Position numbers and translations under genes: made by a program. Source: Candidatus Uhrbacteria bacterium (GTDB taxonomy: Bacteria > Patescibacteriota > Patescibacteriia > UBA9934). From it: DNA of 64,000 nt. The stretch lies in the NCBI GenBank assembly GCA_903827265.1, contig CAIKHN010000004.1, positions 104,067-168,066 on the forward strand, in the 5' to 3' direction. Shown piece by piece: positions 1 to 13,754 of the stretch. The notes beneath the pieces are model-generated. The model was not told where the DNA came from. It was given only the letters and a program-made list of their open reading frames with translations, and made no database searches. The first letter of the stretch is position 1. Every line of letters begins with the position of its first letter.

Positions 1-869
1 TTCAACCGACGCATGATGCGCTCATATTTTGCGCTCGATGTTGTTGCAGCAAGCTCTTCCGTCAACTTCACCACCGTTTCACTGATGTTGATGCGTTCAA
101 GCAACTTCATCAAAGCCTCTGCACCAATGCCAGCATCAAAGATGTGGCCGTAGCGCATAGACCAATCGTGATAGGTCGCTTCAGAAATAACGCGAAGTGG
201 CGTGAGCTCCTTCAAGTCTTTGTCGACTTGCAAGAAGTCTTCCTCAAGCTCTGCCAAGCGATCTTCAGCTGCCTTTTCGATGCGTTCAATTTCTGCCTTC
301 ACCATTTTCTTGTCTGCGCCTTCCTTTTCCTCGGCACGCTGAATATCACGTTTCGTCTCTCCTTCAATCATCTTCTTCTTTGCGCGGTATTCCTCCTTCA
401 CCTGCTCGATCGTCATCTGACGAGCATCTTCGTTCACGTCGGTAATGATGAAGCTCGCGAAGTACACCACCTTTTCCAAGGTCTGCACGCCCATGTCGAG
501 CATGGTTCCAATTTTCGACGGCACGCCGCGCAAGAACCAGATATGCGTGACCGGCGATGCAAGTTCAATGTGACCCATGCGCTCGCGTCGAACGCTTGCC
601 TGAGTTACTTCGACGTTACATTTGTCACAGACGATTCCCTTATAGCGAATCTTTTTATACTTTCCACAGTAACACTCCCAATCTTTCGATGGTCCGAAAA
701 TTTCTTCCGCAAACAAGCCCTGCTTTTCTGGCTTTTGCGTGCGGTAGTTAATGGTTTCTGGTTTGCTCACTTCACCGTAGCTCCAGCCGCGGATCACTTC
801 TGGTGAAGCGACCTTCAAACGAATGGAATCGAAGTCGGTGGACTTTAATGTGTCGAATTTCATTGCCAT
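1..869 (-). CDS. rpoC: DNA-directed RNA polymerase subunit beta' (N-terminal ~289 aa; gene runs off the window start)
   Basis: The reverse complement from 869 reads [34 protein letters not shown]...[23 protein letters not shown]...[14 protein letters not shown], which is the classic beta' N-terminus including its zinc finger. It is absent from the ORF track because the ORF is open-ended. It lies 12 nt downstream of the rpoB stop. Confidence 0.88.
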   Translation of the reverse strand, partial: MAMKFDTLKSTDFDSIRLKVASPEVIRGWSYGEVSKPETINYRTQKPEKQGLFAEEIFGPSKDWECYCGKYKKIRYKGIVCDKCNVEVTQASVRRERMGHIELASPVTHIWFLRGVPSKIGTMLDMGVQTLEKVVYFASFIITDVNEDARQMTIEQVKEEYRAKKKMIEGETKRDIQRAEEKEGADKKMVKAEIERIEKAAEDRLAELEEDFLQVDKDLKELTPLRVISEATYHDWSMRYGHIFDAGIGAEALMKLLERINISETVVKLTEELAATTSSAKYERIMRRL

Positions 870-881
870 ATAGAATTCGCT

Positions 882-4100
<3,219 letters not shown>

Positions 4101-4443
4101 AACGAAAAAATCGCCGCAAATGCGACGGTATTTAGGATTTCTTCTGATTCGTGACGGTGCGGCCCGGGGTTGGCATGCACTGACGATGAAGAATTTGGTG
4201 AGCGTTGTTAGCGGTCAGGGGTCAATTCCGCCTTCGCTCAACATCGTTGAGCTTCGGAGGATGCCCGGAGACGACACAACAGCGGTTCCCAAGTGGCGCG
4301 AGGATATCACGAGTCGGAAACGTCGTCAACCGAAAACCCGTGGACAACTTCCCTGTTCCACCGCGAACGTTGGCGGAGAAATGAAAAAGATCCATTGACG
4401 CCATAAAAACACCATGGCTCAATGCATCCGTTCAGGGGACACC

Positions 4444-4713
4444 ATGCACAGACATCTTTTCACCGTTCGTTTCGCAAATGAAATGGGAGCACAGGACGCT
4501 CGGAAGCAGATCAGGCACCTTCAGCTCTCAGAGGGCCGAATCGAGTCGGTCACACTGAGGGACCGCGGGAATGACGGTGCCGAGATCCAATTCCATTTGG
4601 TCCGAGAAAAATCGCGCAGCAGAGCAGTAGGGATCAACGTCAGCGACCTCCTCAAGATCATGACGTTCGTCGACCAATGCGGCGGATCCATTGACGGAAT
4701 AGTTCGAAAGTAA
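4444..4713 (+). CDS. hypothetical small protein (89 aa, starting at MHRHLF)
   Basis: The ORF has protein-like composition and a GGGGA stretch 7 nt upstream of the ATG. It has no recognisable motif and lies in the GC-rich rpoB-recA spacer. Confidence 0.3.
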   Translation: MHRHLFTVRFANEMGAQDARKQIRHLQLSEGRIESVTLRDRGNDGAEIQFHLVREKSRSRAVGINVSDLLKIMTFVDQCGGSIDGIVRK

Positions 4714-5233
4714 CGCCAACACGCACTCCACGCCGCCGCCGGCACGAAGCCCTAGCTTCGACTGGCGGCTTTCGTTTTAGCGCGAACATTAGCGGAGAAT
4801 TCGAAAACTCGATATTTCACTCAATAGAACCGTTGCCCAACGAAAAGTAGACAATTCCGCTGAATTGTGCTATTTTTCCGGCGCGATCCCGCACCTTCCC
4901 CATGGAGTTCACGTGTTCCGATCTCTGCCCCGATTCCAAGAAGAAGATGAAGCCCTGCCTCAGGGCGGCTCCACCGGCCTCGACCACGCCGGAACCGGCG
5001 CCTGCCAGTTCCACCCGAGCACGATCGACATCGACGGCAAGTCCTGTCCGCAGTGCCACCCGGAATTCGCCACGACGGCCGCCGCCCTTACGAGCCTGCC
5101 CCCGGCGCGAACGGCCGCGACGAAAGTTCCCGTCGAGTCCCTCTCGACCGCGACGCTCCTCGAGAGCCTCATCATGGGGCAGCGACCACATGGCGGGCAT
5201 CAAGATGCCGCCGGATACATCTGAGAGATCAGC

Positions 5234-5446
5234 ATGATCTGCATCACCTGCAACAGCCCGATCGAAGCGAACGGCAGCTGCAAGACCTGCACACCAGAGC
5301 CGCCGAAGCCGACGCCCGCGCGGCGAGGCGACGAATTCGATGATGACGACGCCCCTCCTCGAGGCAGTAGAGGCCTCTGGGGGAACCGTCCGCTCCCGTC
5401 GAATCTCCAGGGCTTCGCCGCCACCATCGACGTCGCGTACCTCTGA
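5234..5446 (+). CDS. hypothetical zinc-ribbon-like mini-protein (70 aa; CITC...CKTC)
   Basis: It has a CxxC-x10-CxxC arrangement followed by an acidic, Pro-rich tail, and a terminator hairpin follows it. The GC content is very high (about 62%). Whether it is really coding is uncertain. Confidence 0.25.
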   Translation: MICITCNSPIEANGSCKTCTPEPPKPTPARRGDEFDDDDAPPRGSRGLWGNRPLPSNLQGFAATIDVAYL

Positions 5447-5513
5447 ACGACACCCCGCACGATGTGCTGAGACCCCCGCTGGTCTCGCGATCGGCGGGGT
5501 GTTTCAATTCCAC

Positions 5514-5545
5514 AAAAACACTCCGAATGTTCGGAGTGTTTTGTT
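5514..5545. terminator. bidirectional rho-independent terminator hairpin (AAAAACACTCCGAA-tgt-TCGGAGTGTTTTGTT)
   Basis: It is a perfect inverted repeat flanked by an A-run and a T-run, lying downstream of recA on the minus strand and downstream of the 5234 ORF on the plus strand. Confidence 0.55.
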
Positions 5546-5722
5546 CAATCAAGATGCAGGAAGAGAACGAGCGAAAATAGATCTGCACCCGCACAAACGA
5601 AGGAGAGTCATCTTGCGCCGTTTGCACAAGGCCGATCGTGGAAGTGCAGAATGATGCCTGTCTCGTCCCGCAACTCAAGAACGCAATGTCCTGTGATTCC
5701 GTTCACATGCACTATAGGCGCT

Positions 5723-6781
5723 TTATACTTCTTCTGCAACCGCATCTTTATCTTCAGGATTTGATGTTGGACGTGACGCAAATCCTTCGCTCTTTAATGC
5801 CGCAGTAGTCGTCGACTTTCGCATTTCTGCTAAAGTTTTTGGATGTTCGCGCAAATACTGCTTCGCGACTTCGCGACCGACGCCAAGCTTTTCCTCGCCG
5901 AAAATATAACTATTTCCGCGCTTCTCAAGCGAGCCGACTTCAACGCCCAAGTCCAACATATCGCCAGCGATCGAAATACCTTCGTTGTACATAATATCGA
6001 ACTCGCATGCTCGGAATGGTGGCGCAACTTTGTTCTTTACGATTTTTACTTTTACGCGGTTTCCAACAATCTTCTCGCCTTGTTTAATTTGCGCAGCACG
6101 ACGAATTTCCATACGCACCGATGCGTAAAACTTTAACGCGTTTCCGCCAGGCGTTGTTTCAGGGTTGCCAAACATCACACCAATCTTCATACGAATCTGG
6201 TTGATGAAAATGACCACTGTTCCAGACTTCGCAACGATCGCTGTCAGTTTTCGAAGCGCCTGGCTCATTAATCGAGCTTGCAAGCCCATGTGTGAGTCGC
6301 CCATGTCACCTTCGATTTCTGCTTTTGGCACCAACGCAGCGACAGAGTCGACCACGACAACGTCGATCGCATTCGATCGCACAAGTGTTTCGACAATTTC
6401 GAGTGCTTGCTCACCAGTATCTGGCTGCGAAATAAAAAGCTCGTCGATATTCACTCCAAGTTTCTTTGCATATTCTGGATCCATGGCGTGCTCGGCGTCG
6501 ACGAAGGCCGCAATGCCTCCCTGTTTTTGACACTCTGCAATGATGTGCTGTGCGAGTGTTGTTTTTCCCGACGACTCTGGTCCGTAAATTTCAATAATTC
6601 TTCCACGAGGAACGCCGAGCGCCCCAAGCGCAAGATCGAGGGAAAGACACCCAGTCGGGATTGCATCGATGTTCGTCGCTTTCTGATCGCCGAGTCGCAT
6701 GATTGACCCTTCACCGAACCGTTGTTTGATCTGACCGATTGCTGCATTCGCAGCCGTAAGCCTCGCATTCTCCTTTGCCAT
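5723..6781 (-). CDS. recA: recombinase RecA
   Basis: The 352-aa ORF contains the Walker A box GPESSGKTT, the FVDAEHA block and a RecA-type C-terminus. Confidence 0.97.
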   Translation of the reverse strand: MAKENARLTAANAAIGQIKQRFGEGSIMRLGDQKATNIDAIPTGCLSLDLALGALGVPRGRIIEIYGPESSGKTTLAQHIIAECQKQGGIAAFVDAEHAMDPEYAKKLGVNIDELFISQPDTGEQALEIVETLVRSNAIDVVVVDSVAALVPKAEIEGDMGDSHMGLQARLMSQALRKLTAIVAKSGTVVIFINQIRMKIGVMFGNPETTPGGNALKFYASVRMEIRRAAQIKQGEKIVGNRVKVKIVKNKVAPPFRACEFDIMYNEGISIAGDMLDLGVEVGSLEKRGNSYIFGEEKLGVGREVAKQYLREHPKTLAEMRKSTTTAALKSEGFASRPTSNPEDKDAVAEEV

Positions 6782-6844
6782 ACAAAAATAGTGGATGATT
6801 CAGTCTTGGTTCGTATGATACGAACACATACCGAACACTTTACA

Positions 6845-7567
6845 CTACTTCGCAATGTAGCTCACCTCAGATATCCCCTTTTCTTCCCCACGATCATTTT
6901 CATCAAACACAACACGCCGAATTTCCGTTGCTTTTTGCGAGTATCGACGAGTCCCCTCAACAGTAATGACATTCAGCCCCAACGATAAGTCGATTGTTGT
7001 TGTAAATGTTTTATCATTATTCACCACAACCTGATGTCCATTCACCACAAGCGTCACGTCGTCGTTCTCAACATGTCCGCGAACAGCAACAAGCGCACTG
7101 TCGGCCGCTAATCCATCGGTCGGGCTTTCAATAACTATCGTTGGCGGACGTAACACGCCAGTGACCTGCCACACGAAATATCCAACAAACAAAACGCCAA
7201 CGGCAGCAAACATCGAAAACTTCAAAAATGCGGACGGTGAAAGCAACCACGAACGCGAAACGCGCTGTCGTGGCAAACGGTGCGGCGTCAATAAATCCGT
7301 CCGTCCACTTTCCTGCTCATATAACTCCAAGAAATACGTTTCGTCCGCACCAAGAACGCGTGCATATGCTTTAATAAAGTTTCGCGTATACAACGGCTCT
7401 GGTAACTCGTCGTATCGTCCACGTTCAAGCGCCTCAAGATACCGCTTTTGGATATGCGTTGTTTCCTCAAGCATCACAAGGCTGACCGCTTGCCCACGCC
7501 GAAGCGCACGGAGCTTCTCTCCGAGGGTCTGTGGCACGCGATCGAGTTTACGCATCACGAACACCAT
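6845..7567 (-). CDS. helix-turn-helix (XRE-type) membrane protein, RodZ-like
   Basis: An N-terminal HTH (LGEKLRALRRGQAVSLVMLEETTHIQKRYLEALERG) is followed by a single TM segment and an extracytoplasmic domain. The architecture is that of RodZ or a DUF4115 protein. Confidence 0.55.
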   Translation of the reverse strand: MVFVMRKLDRVPQTLGEKLRALRRGQAVSLVMLEETTHIQKRYLEALERGRYDELPEPLYTRNFIKAYARVLGADETYFLELYEQESGRTDLLTPHRLPRQRVSRSWLLSPSAFLKFSMFAAVGVLFVGYFVWQVTGVLRPPTIVIESPTDGLAADSALVAVRGHVENDDVTLVVNGHQVVVNNDKTFTTTIDLSLGLNVITVEGTRRYSQKATEIRRVVFDENDRGEEKGISEVSYIAK

Positions 7568-7569
7568 AG

Positions 7570-9843
7570 TTAAAGTTCGACGTCTTTCTCTTCTTCCTTT
7601 TCTTCATCGTCGTCAGTGCCGATATGTGCGTTAATCGCCGGTTCGTGATGCTCTTCCTCTTCTACAGAATCTTCTTCGTCGACGTCGTCGTCTGGAATGT
7701 CGTCGTCAACCATCTCTGATCCTGCTGGCGGCCATTCGCTCACAAGAACTTCACGAGGCTTTGCGCCATCCGGTGGACCAACGACACCAAGTTTTTCCAT
7801 AAGATCAACAATACGTGCGGCTCGCGAATACCCCACTTTCATTCGACGCTGCAAGAACGACGTCGAAACCTTTCCGGCATCAATAGCAATTTCAATTGCG
7901 TCATCAAGAAGCGTGTCTTGGTCCGCAGGATCCATCGATACTCCTCCCGCACTCGAACCGCCCTCAGTGATTTGATAGTTGTAATCAGGCTCACTCTCTT
8001 CCTTCAAGAAGGCGACGACGCGCTCAATTTCGGATTCTGCCACATACGCTCCTTGTGCACGCTTTGGTTTTGATAATTCAGGCGTACTCATGAGCATGTC
8101 TCCACGGCCAAGCAATTTTTCCGCACCACCAATGTCGAGAATCGTCTTCGAGTCGACTTGTGATGCAACCGCAAACGCTAAGCGGGTTGGAATATTCGCT
8201 TTAATGGTTCCGGTAATAACATCGACTGATGGGCGCTGCGTTGCAAGAATTAAGTGAATACCTGCCGCACGCGCCATTTGCGCAATGCGAACAATAACCG
8301 CCTCAACATCGCGCTTGTTCTGACTCATCAAGTCTGCGAGTTCGTCGATAACGATAATAATACGCGGCATGCGCTCCTTGCTCTTTGCGTTGTACGAATC
8401 AATATCTTTCGCACCAAATTTCGAAAGATAGTCCAAGCGACGTTCCATCTCGCGAACTGCCCATTTTAAGGCATTGATTGCTTCATCCGCCTTCACAATT
8501 GGCGGAATGAGAAGGTGAGGAATGCCCGCGTACACCGAAAGCTCAACACGCTTTGGATCGACCATGATGAATTTCAAATCGTCCGGACCGTTCTGATACA
8601 ACAGTGAAATAATAATGTCATTCAAACACACAGATTTTCCAGAACCCGTCGCACCGGCAACCAACATATGCGGCGCGCGCTCCACCATCATCATTTGCGT
8701 TGAGCCAGTAATATCCTTTCCAAGTGGAACGCTAAAGCTCGACTTCCGATGCTTGAATTCCTTCGATTCAAGCAATTCTCGAAGACACACTCGACCAATC
8801 GTCTGGTTTGGCACCTCAATTCCCACGAGCGACTTCCCAGGAATTGGCGCCTCGATACGGATTGGATGCGCGGCAAGCGCAAGTGCGAGATCGTTCTGCA
8901 ACGCAACAATACGCGCGAGCTTAATTCCAGCCGGCGGTTTCAAAGCGTATTGCGTCACCGTCGGTCCAACACGAACTTCCTCAACCTCAACGTCGATACC
9001 GAATTGATGCAATGTCTTTACAATAAGCTCGGTTCCCCGCTCGAGGTCGCCACTTTTCGCTTCCGAGCTCTTCAGCTCAAGAAGTTCGAGCGGAATCTCA
9101 ATCGTTCGCCGCGCCTTGCTCGTCATGACGTGTTCTTGATTGCCGACAAAAATCTTCGGCGACTTTTTCTGTGGTTCTTCGTCGTCGTCTTCCTCAATAT
9201 CCTCAACATCAGGCTCGTCTTCGCCCCCTGCCTCAGCAGCTTCTTCTTCCTCGAGCTTCTTTCGTTCGTCAAACGGCAAATCGTCATCGTCGTCATCCGC
9301 CGCATGACGATGCCTACTGTTCAATACTGTCATTGGCACATCGAGCAACGTTCGGACCGAAACACGGAACAGCAACACACACGACACCAGAAGCAGCGCA
9401 AGCGCCACAATAAACGCGGCAAATGATCCCATTGCACCAACAAGCAGCTGCGAAACAAGAAGCCCCACAACTCCCCCGGCATTTTTCAGTGCATCACCTC
9501 CGGTCACGCCATGCGCAAAAACCATGTTCAGCATGCCGTTTAACGAAATGACCAACAATGAAAATGACGCCGCGCCGCGTAATGTCATTAACTGCTTGTC
9601 GCGAAAAACGACGTCAGCTGCAATCATGAAAAAAAGCACCGGAACAACAATGCGTGCAATGCCAAGCAACGAAGCAAGGTTGCCGTCGATCCATGAACCA
9701 ACGTTTCCCGCAAAACCGAAAAAGCTTAAAACAAGCACCGCGCCGAGCGCCGCAAGCACAATTGCCATCACACTTTGCCGAATATCGTCGCCCATGATGG
9801 GTTCATCAATTTCCACCGCAGGTTTTTTTGTTTTTTTTGCCAT
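7570..9843 (-). CDS. ftsK: DNA translocase FtsK/SpoIIIE
   Basis: The protein has N-terminal TM helices, an acidic linker, the motor-domain P-loop AGATGSGKSVCLN and a gamma-domain-like C-terminus. The start was moved to the ATG at 9843 (MAKKTKKPAV); the track's earlier start is upstream garbage. Confidence 0.9.
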   Translation of the reverse strand: MAKKTKKPAVEIDEPIMGDDIRQSVMAIVLAALGAVLVLSFFGFAGNVGSWIDGNLASLLGIARIVVPVLFFMIAADVVFRDKQLMTLRGAASFSLLVISLNGMLNMVFAHGVTGGDALKNAGGVVGLLVSQLLVGAMGSFAAFIVALALLLVSCVLLFRVSVRTLLDVPMTVLNSRHRHAADDDDDDLPFDERKKLEEEEAAEAGGEDEPDVEDIEEDDDEEPQKKSPKIFVGNQEHVMTSKARRTIEIPLELLELKSSEAKSGDLERGTELIVKTLHQFGIDVEVEEVRVGPTVTQYALKPPAGIKLARIVALQNDLALALAAHPIRIEAPIPGKSLVGIEVPNQTIGRVCLRELLESKEFKHRKSSFSVPLGKDITGSTQMMMVERAPHMLVAGATGSGKSVCLNDIIISLLYQNGPDDLKFIMVDPKRVELSVYAGIPHLLIPPIVKADEAINALKWAVREMERRLDYLSKFGAKDIDSYNAKSKERMPRIIIVIDELADLMSQNKRDVEAVIVRIAQMARAAGIHLILATQRPSVDVITGTIKANIPTRLAFAVASQVDSKTILDIGGAEKLLGRGDMLMSTPELSKPKRAQGAYVAESEIERVVAFLKEESEPDYNYQITEGGSSAGGVSMDPADQDTLLDDAIEIAIDAGKVSTSFLQRRMKVGYSRAARIVDLMEKLGVVGPPDGAKPREVLVSEWPPAGSEMVDDDIPDDDVDEEDSVEEEEHHEPAINAHIGTDDDEEKEEEKDVEL

Positions 9844-9997
9844 AGCGAAACAGAATGCGGGTGCAGTAGCTCTATTGTACATCGGATTGGCATGAATCCC
9901 GTTGTGGAGAACCGCAACGAGGAGATACAAAATAAAATCGCATATTTTATTGACTTTTTGTAGAAAAACGCGTTTACTATTTGGCGGGAGATTCACC

Positions 9998-10507
9998 ATG
10001 CAGCATCAAACGCCGTCGCCCGATCCGCTCGCTCAGGCGTTAGCCGAAGCTCATCTGTTCGCACACAACCAGGCGGAGCACGGCTTCCCTGACTGGGGGT
10101 CATTCATCTTCTCGTCGCCGGCACCGATCAGCTGCGGAATCTGGAAGCTCCTACGTCCTGGAATTCAGGTGATGATCGTCGAGTCCTATGAATACGCGGG
10201 GGATCCTCCGGTCATCCCGCTCACTCGTCCGATCGGCATTCAGGTCCTCAGCGGACAAATCGAAGTCACTGCGATCCTCCACCGTGAACCGGTAACGTCG
10301 ACTCTCGAAGCCAACGGACCGAGCCTACGCCTCGCGAATCCCGAAATACGGTTCAGGACCAACCCAATCGGTGATACGTGCACGATGCTCGTTGTCCGCC
10401 TTCAGCCGTTCGAGCGACCCACGATCGAAACGTGGAGAGTCGCACGGTTCGGCGAAGGCCAGACGGAGAAACTCAAAGAAAAGGCTCGACAACTCATCAC
10501 GAGCTGA
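9998..10507 (+). CDS. hypothetical protein (169 aa), GC-rich
   Basis: The ATG at 9998 has a GGGAG RBS 8 nt upstream, and the GC content is about 60%. No motif was recognised. Confidence 0.4.
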   Translation: MQHQTPSPDPLAQALAEAHLFAHNQAEHGFPDWGSFIFSSPAPISCGIWKLLRPGIQVMIVESYEYAGDPPVIPLTRPIGIQVLSGQIEVTAILHREPVTSTLEANGPSLRLANPEIRFRTNPIGDTCTMLVVRLQPFERPTIETWRVARFGEGQTEKLKEKARQLITS

Positions 10508-10594
10508 ACGCACGAATAGCGCCCCGCCTCCCAAGCCCGATACACGATCGAGCGACGGAAGCGGGGCGCTGTCACGTTCTGATACGATGCGCCT

Positions 10595-11230
10595 ATGCAA
10601 AAAACAATTCTCATCCACGGATACGCAGCGGGAGTCCATGCCTCTATTTTTCGAAAACCCTTCGGCGAACATTCGGGATTCATCGCGCTTGATGAGGAGG
10701 TGAAATCTGGAATCACGAAAAGTTTTCGTTGGAGTAAAAACATTTCGCTCTCGATCGCGCAGTGCGCAAATCCTTTGCAATATTTTCAACTCTATCGCGA
10801 CGAGGAACTGCTTACAGAATCACCGATCACGCAATCTACACACAGCGAATTTCTCGATTGTTCCAATGCGACAACAATCATCTGTCATTCACTCGGCTGC
10901 CGGCTCATGATCGGCTCCATGAACGCACACGGAATTCCGGAATCGATCACGAAGATTATTTTTCTCCAAGGCGATGTTTCGACATCGGCATCGATCACAA
11001 ATCTTACAATCCGAGATCGGATCATCAACGGATCCCTCGTCATCGAAAACTATTTCTGCCCGTGGGATCAAAGTCTTCTCGCATCGGCAATGCTGCATCG
11101 TACAAACCGAATCGGATTGATGGGATGGGATGAAACAGGTGTGAAAAATATCTTCTACCCATTACTCAAGCCGATGAATCTGCACACGAGTCCGCTCCGA
11201 GATCGGGAGTTTCTTCGATCGCTCATTTAA
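10595..11230 (+). CDS. putative alpha/beta-fold serine hydrolase
   Basis: The ILIHGY N-terminus and the nucleophile-elbow-like CHSLG point to an alpha/beta hydrolase of about 210 aa. Confidence 0.45.
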   Translation: MQKTILIHGYAAGVHASIFRKPFGEHSGFIALDEEVKSGITKSFRWSKNISLSIAQCANPLQYFQLYRDEELLTESPITQSTHSEFLDCSNATTIICHSLGCRLMIGSMNAHGIPESITKIIFLQGDVSTSASITNLTIRDRIINGSLVIENYFCPWDQSLLASAMLHRTNRIGLMGWDETGVKNIFYPLLKPMNLHTSPLRDREFLRSLI

Positions 11231-11958
11231 ACAAGGCGCTCCCCCAACAACGTGAAAATCATCTTCATTGTTTGTGCGAGCGGCGCGTTTTTCAAGACGG
11301 TTCCAAAGTACGGTTCCTCGAGCGTAATGAGTGCAACATTGTCGTCCCAGACGAGAATATCCGTTGGAAGATTGCCAAATTTTTCTGGAAGGAACTTTGG
11401 CGCGTATTCGCGCAATGCGATCTGTGCGACATCACGAGTTGTTGATCGCGAAGAAAAAGAAACAATGTCGTGAAGCGTCACATGGCGTTTTTTCAGTTGC
11501 ACAAAGTACCAGGAAAGAAATTCTGGCATGACTTCTTGCAGACGAGACGTGGAGCCAACCGCAAAAATTTCGCTGGCATCAAGTGATGCGCGATAGATTT
11601 CTTGAATTTCTTTTTTCCCATCGTGAAATCGAATCGTCGGCTTATTCGTCGTTGCAGCAAACATCGCGCGAATATCGGGAATCACTCGCTCAATCGCAAC
11701 AGCTTTTTCTTGAATTGACCGGAGAAGCGATTCTGGATCATTTGCGAAATACATTTTTCGCCCTGTTCCGCTCGTTTCCTCGCGGATCAGCTGATGTTCC
11801 GTAAGCGCGTCTAAAACGTGATAACAGTTTGTTCGTAAAATCCCCGTCCCTTTCGCAATTTGCGCCGGAGAAGCGTGATCGTGTTCTAAAAGGTACACAT
11901 ACACGGCAATTTCTGATTTCTTGAGCCCAAAATCCCGAAGACTTTGTTGAATATCCAT
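11227..11958 (-). CDS. TrmB-family transcriptional regulator
   Basis: The N-terminal winged HTH (GLKKSEIAVYVYLLEHDHASPAQIAKGTGILRTNCYHVLDALTEHQLI) is typical of TrmB sugar regulators. Confidence 0.6.
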   Translation of the reverse strand: MDIQQSLRDFGLKKSEIAVYVYLLEHDHASPAQIAKGTGILRTNCYHVLDALTEHQLIREETSGTGRKMYFANDPESLLRSIQEKAVAIERVIPDIRAMFAATTNKPTIRFHDGKKEIQEIYRASLDASEIFAVGSTSRLQEVMPEFLSWYFVQLKKRHVTLHDIVSFSSRSTTRDVAQIALREYAPKFLPEKFGNLPTDILVWDDNVALITLEEPYFGTVLKNAPLAQTMKMIFTLLGERLV

Positions 11959-12130
11959 AGTGTCAAGATATTATATATCATAAATTATATTGTTTATGTT
12001 TATATTTCACTTTTGTATAATATATTGATATGCTGGAGATTGACTTTTTAGTCGAATCGCCATATACTGTTCTGTTGGCTCGTTCGTCAAAAGAACGGCC
12101 ACGCCTCCCAATCCACAGTCGAGGTTCTCA

Positions 12131-12811
12131 GTGAAACACCCCTCAGGCCAAGCAACCAGTGTACTCGTAGGAACGATCGTCGCGAACATTCATGCCGGTC
12201 TTCTCGACGAGAATGCCGTGAAGCTCGCGCTCGAATCGCCGGAAGCTCTCCGCGACGCGATCGTGAACGCAGTCAACGGGTTCGGAAAAGCGCCCGACAT
12301 CCGCCCGACGGTACTGCCCATCGAGCTGCGCAGCCCGAAAACCGAAAGCCTCGAGTGCCTCTTCGAAAAAGCCAACTTCAAGATGGCGCAGCCCCGCCGC
12401 CACCGTTATATCAACCAGGACGATGATGGAAACCCGACGGCGCACTGGATCTCCGAGTTCGAAGGCGGCAACGTGTCTGACAACATGGAGCTCGTGGCAG
12501 TTGGCTTCAACCGCGAAATCTCCGAGAATGACGTTCCCGGAGAGTTCCTGCGCCTCGGCATCACGCCGACGACGTCAGCGTGGTACATCGTGTGCGTAGG
12601 GCTGGAACACGGCGGACTCTGCAAGAATCGCAGCGTCGTCGACCTCGCTCAGAGGAAGAGTATTGGAAACCGATGGCCGAAGTCACACTGCCTAACGCTT
12701 CGTCACAACGCCGCCTCCGGGGGAAAAATCCTCTTCATGCGCTGGACCGGACAGGCGTTCCCACCGCAAACGTTCTTCCTCGGTCTTCGCCCCAAAACGA
12801 AGACGAAGTAG
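12131..12811 (+). CDS. hypothetical protein (226 aa), GC-rich
   Basis: It has a GTG start with a GAGGT RBS, about 63% GC and no recognisable domain. Confidence 0.35.
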   Translation: MKHPSGQATSVLVGTIVANIHAGLLDENAVKLALESPEALRDAIVNAVNGFGKAPDIRPTVLPIELRSPKTESLECLFEKANFKMAQPRRHRYINQDDDGNPTAHWISEFEGGNVSDNMELVAVGFNREISENDVPGEFLRLGITPTTSAWYIVCVGLEHGGLCKNRSVVDLAQRKSIGNRWPKSHCLTLRHNAASGGKILFMRWTGQAFPPQTFFLGLRPKTKTK

Positions 12812-12875
12812 CACCAACGAAAACGAAATCCCCCAACGCCGTATGGCGAAGGGGGATTTGTGCTTTGAGAGTGAA

Positions 12876-13109
12876 TTACTTCTTCCACCGCGGTGCAAAG
12901 CGAACTGACCAAGCGAAGAATTTTGCGAGTAAGGGATTCGTGCCCTTTGCGACCATCGCGTCATAGGAACACTTTTGAAACGCCTTCAAGTCGTCTCCCC
13001 CAACAAGCTTTCCGTCTTTAAAACAATAGCTGCAATACTTTTCGTTTTCCCGTACTCCAGGATCCTTCGAGAACGGCATCAAGCAACTTTCACACATGGA
13101 ATTTGCCAT
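12876..13109 (-). CDS. zinc-ribbon domain protein (PF12674-like)
   Basis: MANSMCESCLMPF...YCSYCFKDGKLVG is a four-cysteine zinc ribbon with the typical spacing. Confidence 0.55.
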   Translation of the reverse strand: MANSMCESCLMPFSKDPGVRENEKYCSYCFKDGKLVGGDDLKAFQKCSYDAMVAKGTNPLLAKFFAWSVRFAPRWKK

Positions 13110-13179
13110 ACGAATGTCTTAATAGATTATGTCACCATCGTAACAAAAGAATCTCGTTGCCGAGATTCTTTTTGCACTG

Positions 13180-13746
13180 CTATTTCGCAACGCGCTCAAC
13201 GTAGTCACCAGTTTCTGTATTCACAAGAACGTTGTCGCCTTCTTTGACGAAGATTGGGACACGGATCACCATGCCGTTATCGACGGTCGCATCTTTCAGC
13301 ACGTTGCCACTTGCGGTGTCACCTTTTGTTGCAGGCTCGGTCTGCGTAATTGTGTACTGGATTTTCAGCGGAAGCTCGATCGAGATCGCTTTCTCGCCGT
13401 GCATAATAACGTTCACGTCCAAGCCCTCCTTGAGGAATTTCATGTCGTCGCCGACCATTTCGTTGCTCAACATGACTTGCTCGAATGTTTGGCCGTCCAT
13501 GCAGGTAATAGAGTCTGCATCGCTATAGATGAACTGCATCTTACGATTATTCACGGTTTCAAACGTGAGCGTTTCTGCGCTCTTGAAGTTATTCTCCACC
13601 ACTTTTCCAGTTGCAAGAGACTTAATGCGCGTACGAACGAATGAGCTTCCTTTTCCTGGCGACACGCGCTGGAAGCTGTTGACGACCCAGAGGTCGCCGT
13701 TGAGATTAATAACCGTACCTTTCTTAATATCGTTTGGTGATGCCAT
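13180..13746 (-). CDS. efp: elongation factor P
   Basis: The 188-aa ORF contains a conserved lysine loop SPGKGSSF that corresponds to K34. Confidence 0.95.
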   Translation of the reverse strand: MASPNDIKKGTVINLNGDLWVVNSFQRVSPGKGSSFVRTRIKSLATGKVVENNFKSAETLTFETVNNRKMQFIYSDADSITCMDGQTFEQVMLSNEMVGDDMKFLKEGLDVNVIMHGEKAISIELPLKIQYTITQTEPATKGDTASGNVLKDATVDNGMVIRVPIFVKEGDNVLVNTETGDYVERVAK

Positions 13747-13754
13747 AAAAAAAC

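Noticed and set aside
144-806. 220-aa plus-strand ORF at the window start
   Set aside because: It lies entirely inside the minus-strand rpoC N-terminus, which was verified by translation ([10 protein letters not shown]...). It is an antisense shadow ORF with unprotein-like composition.
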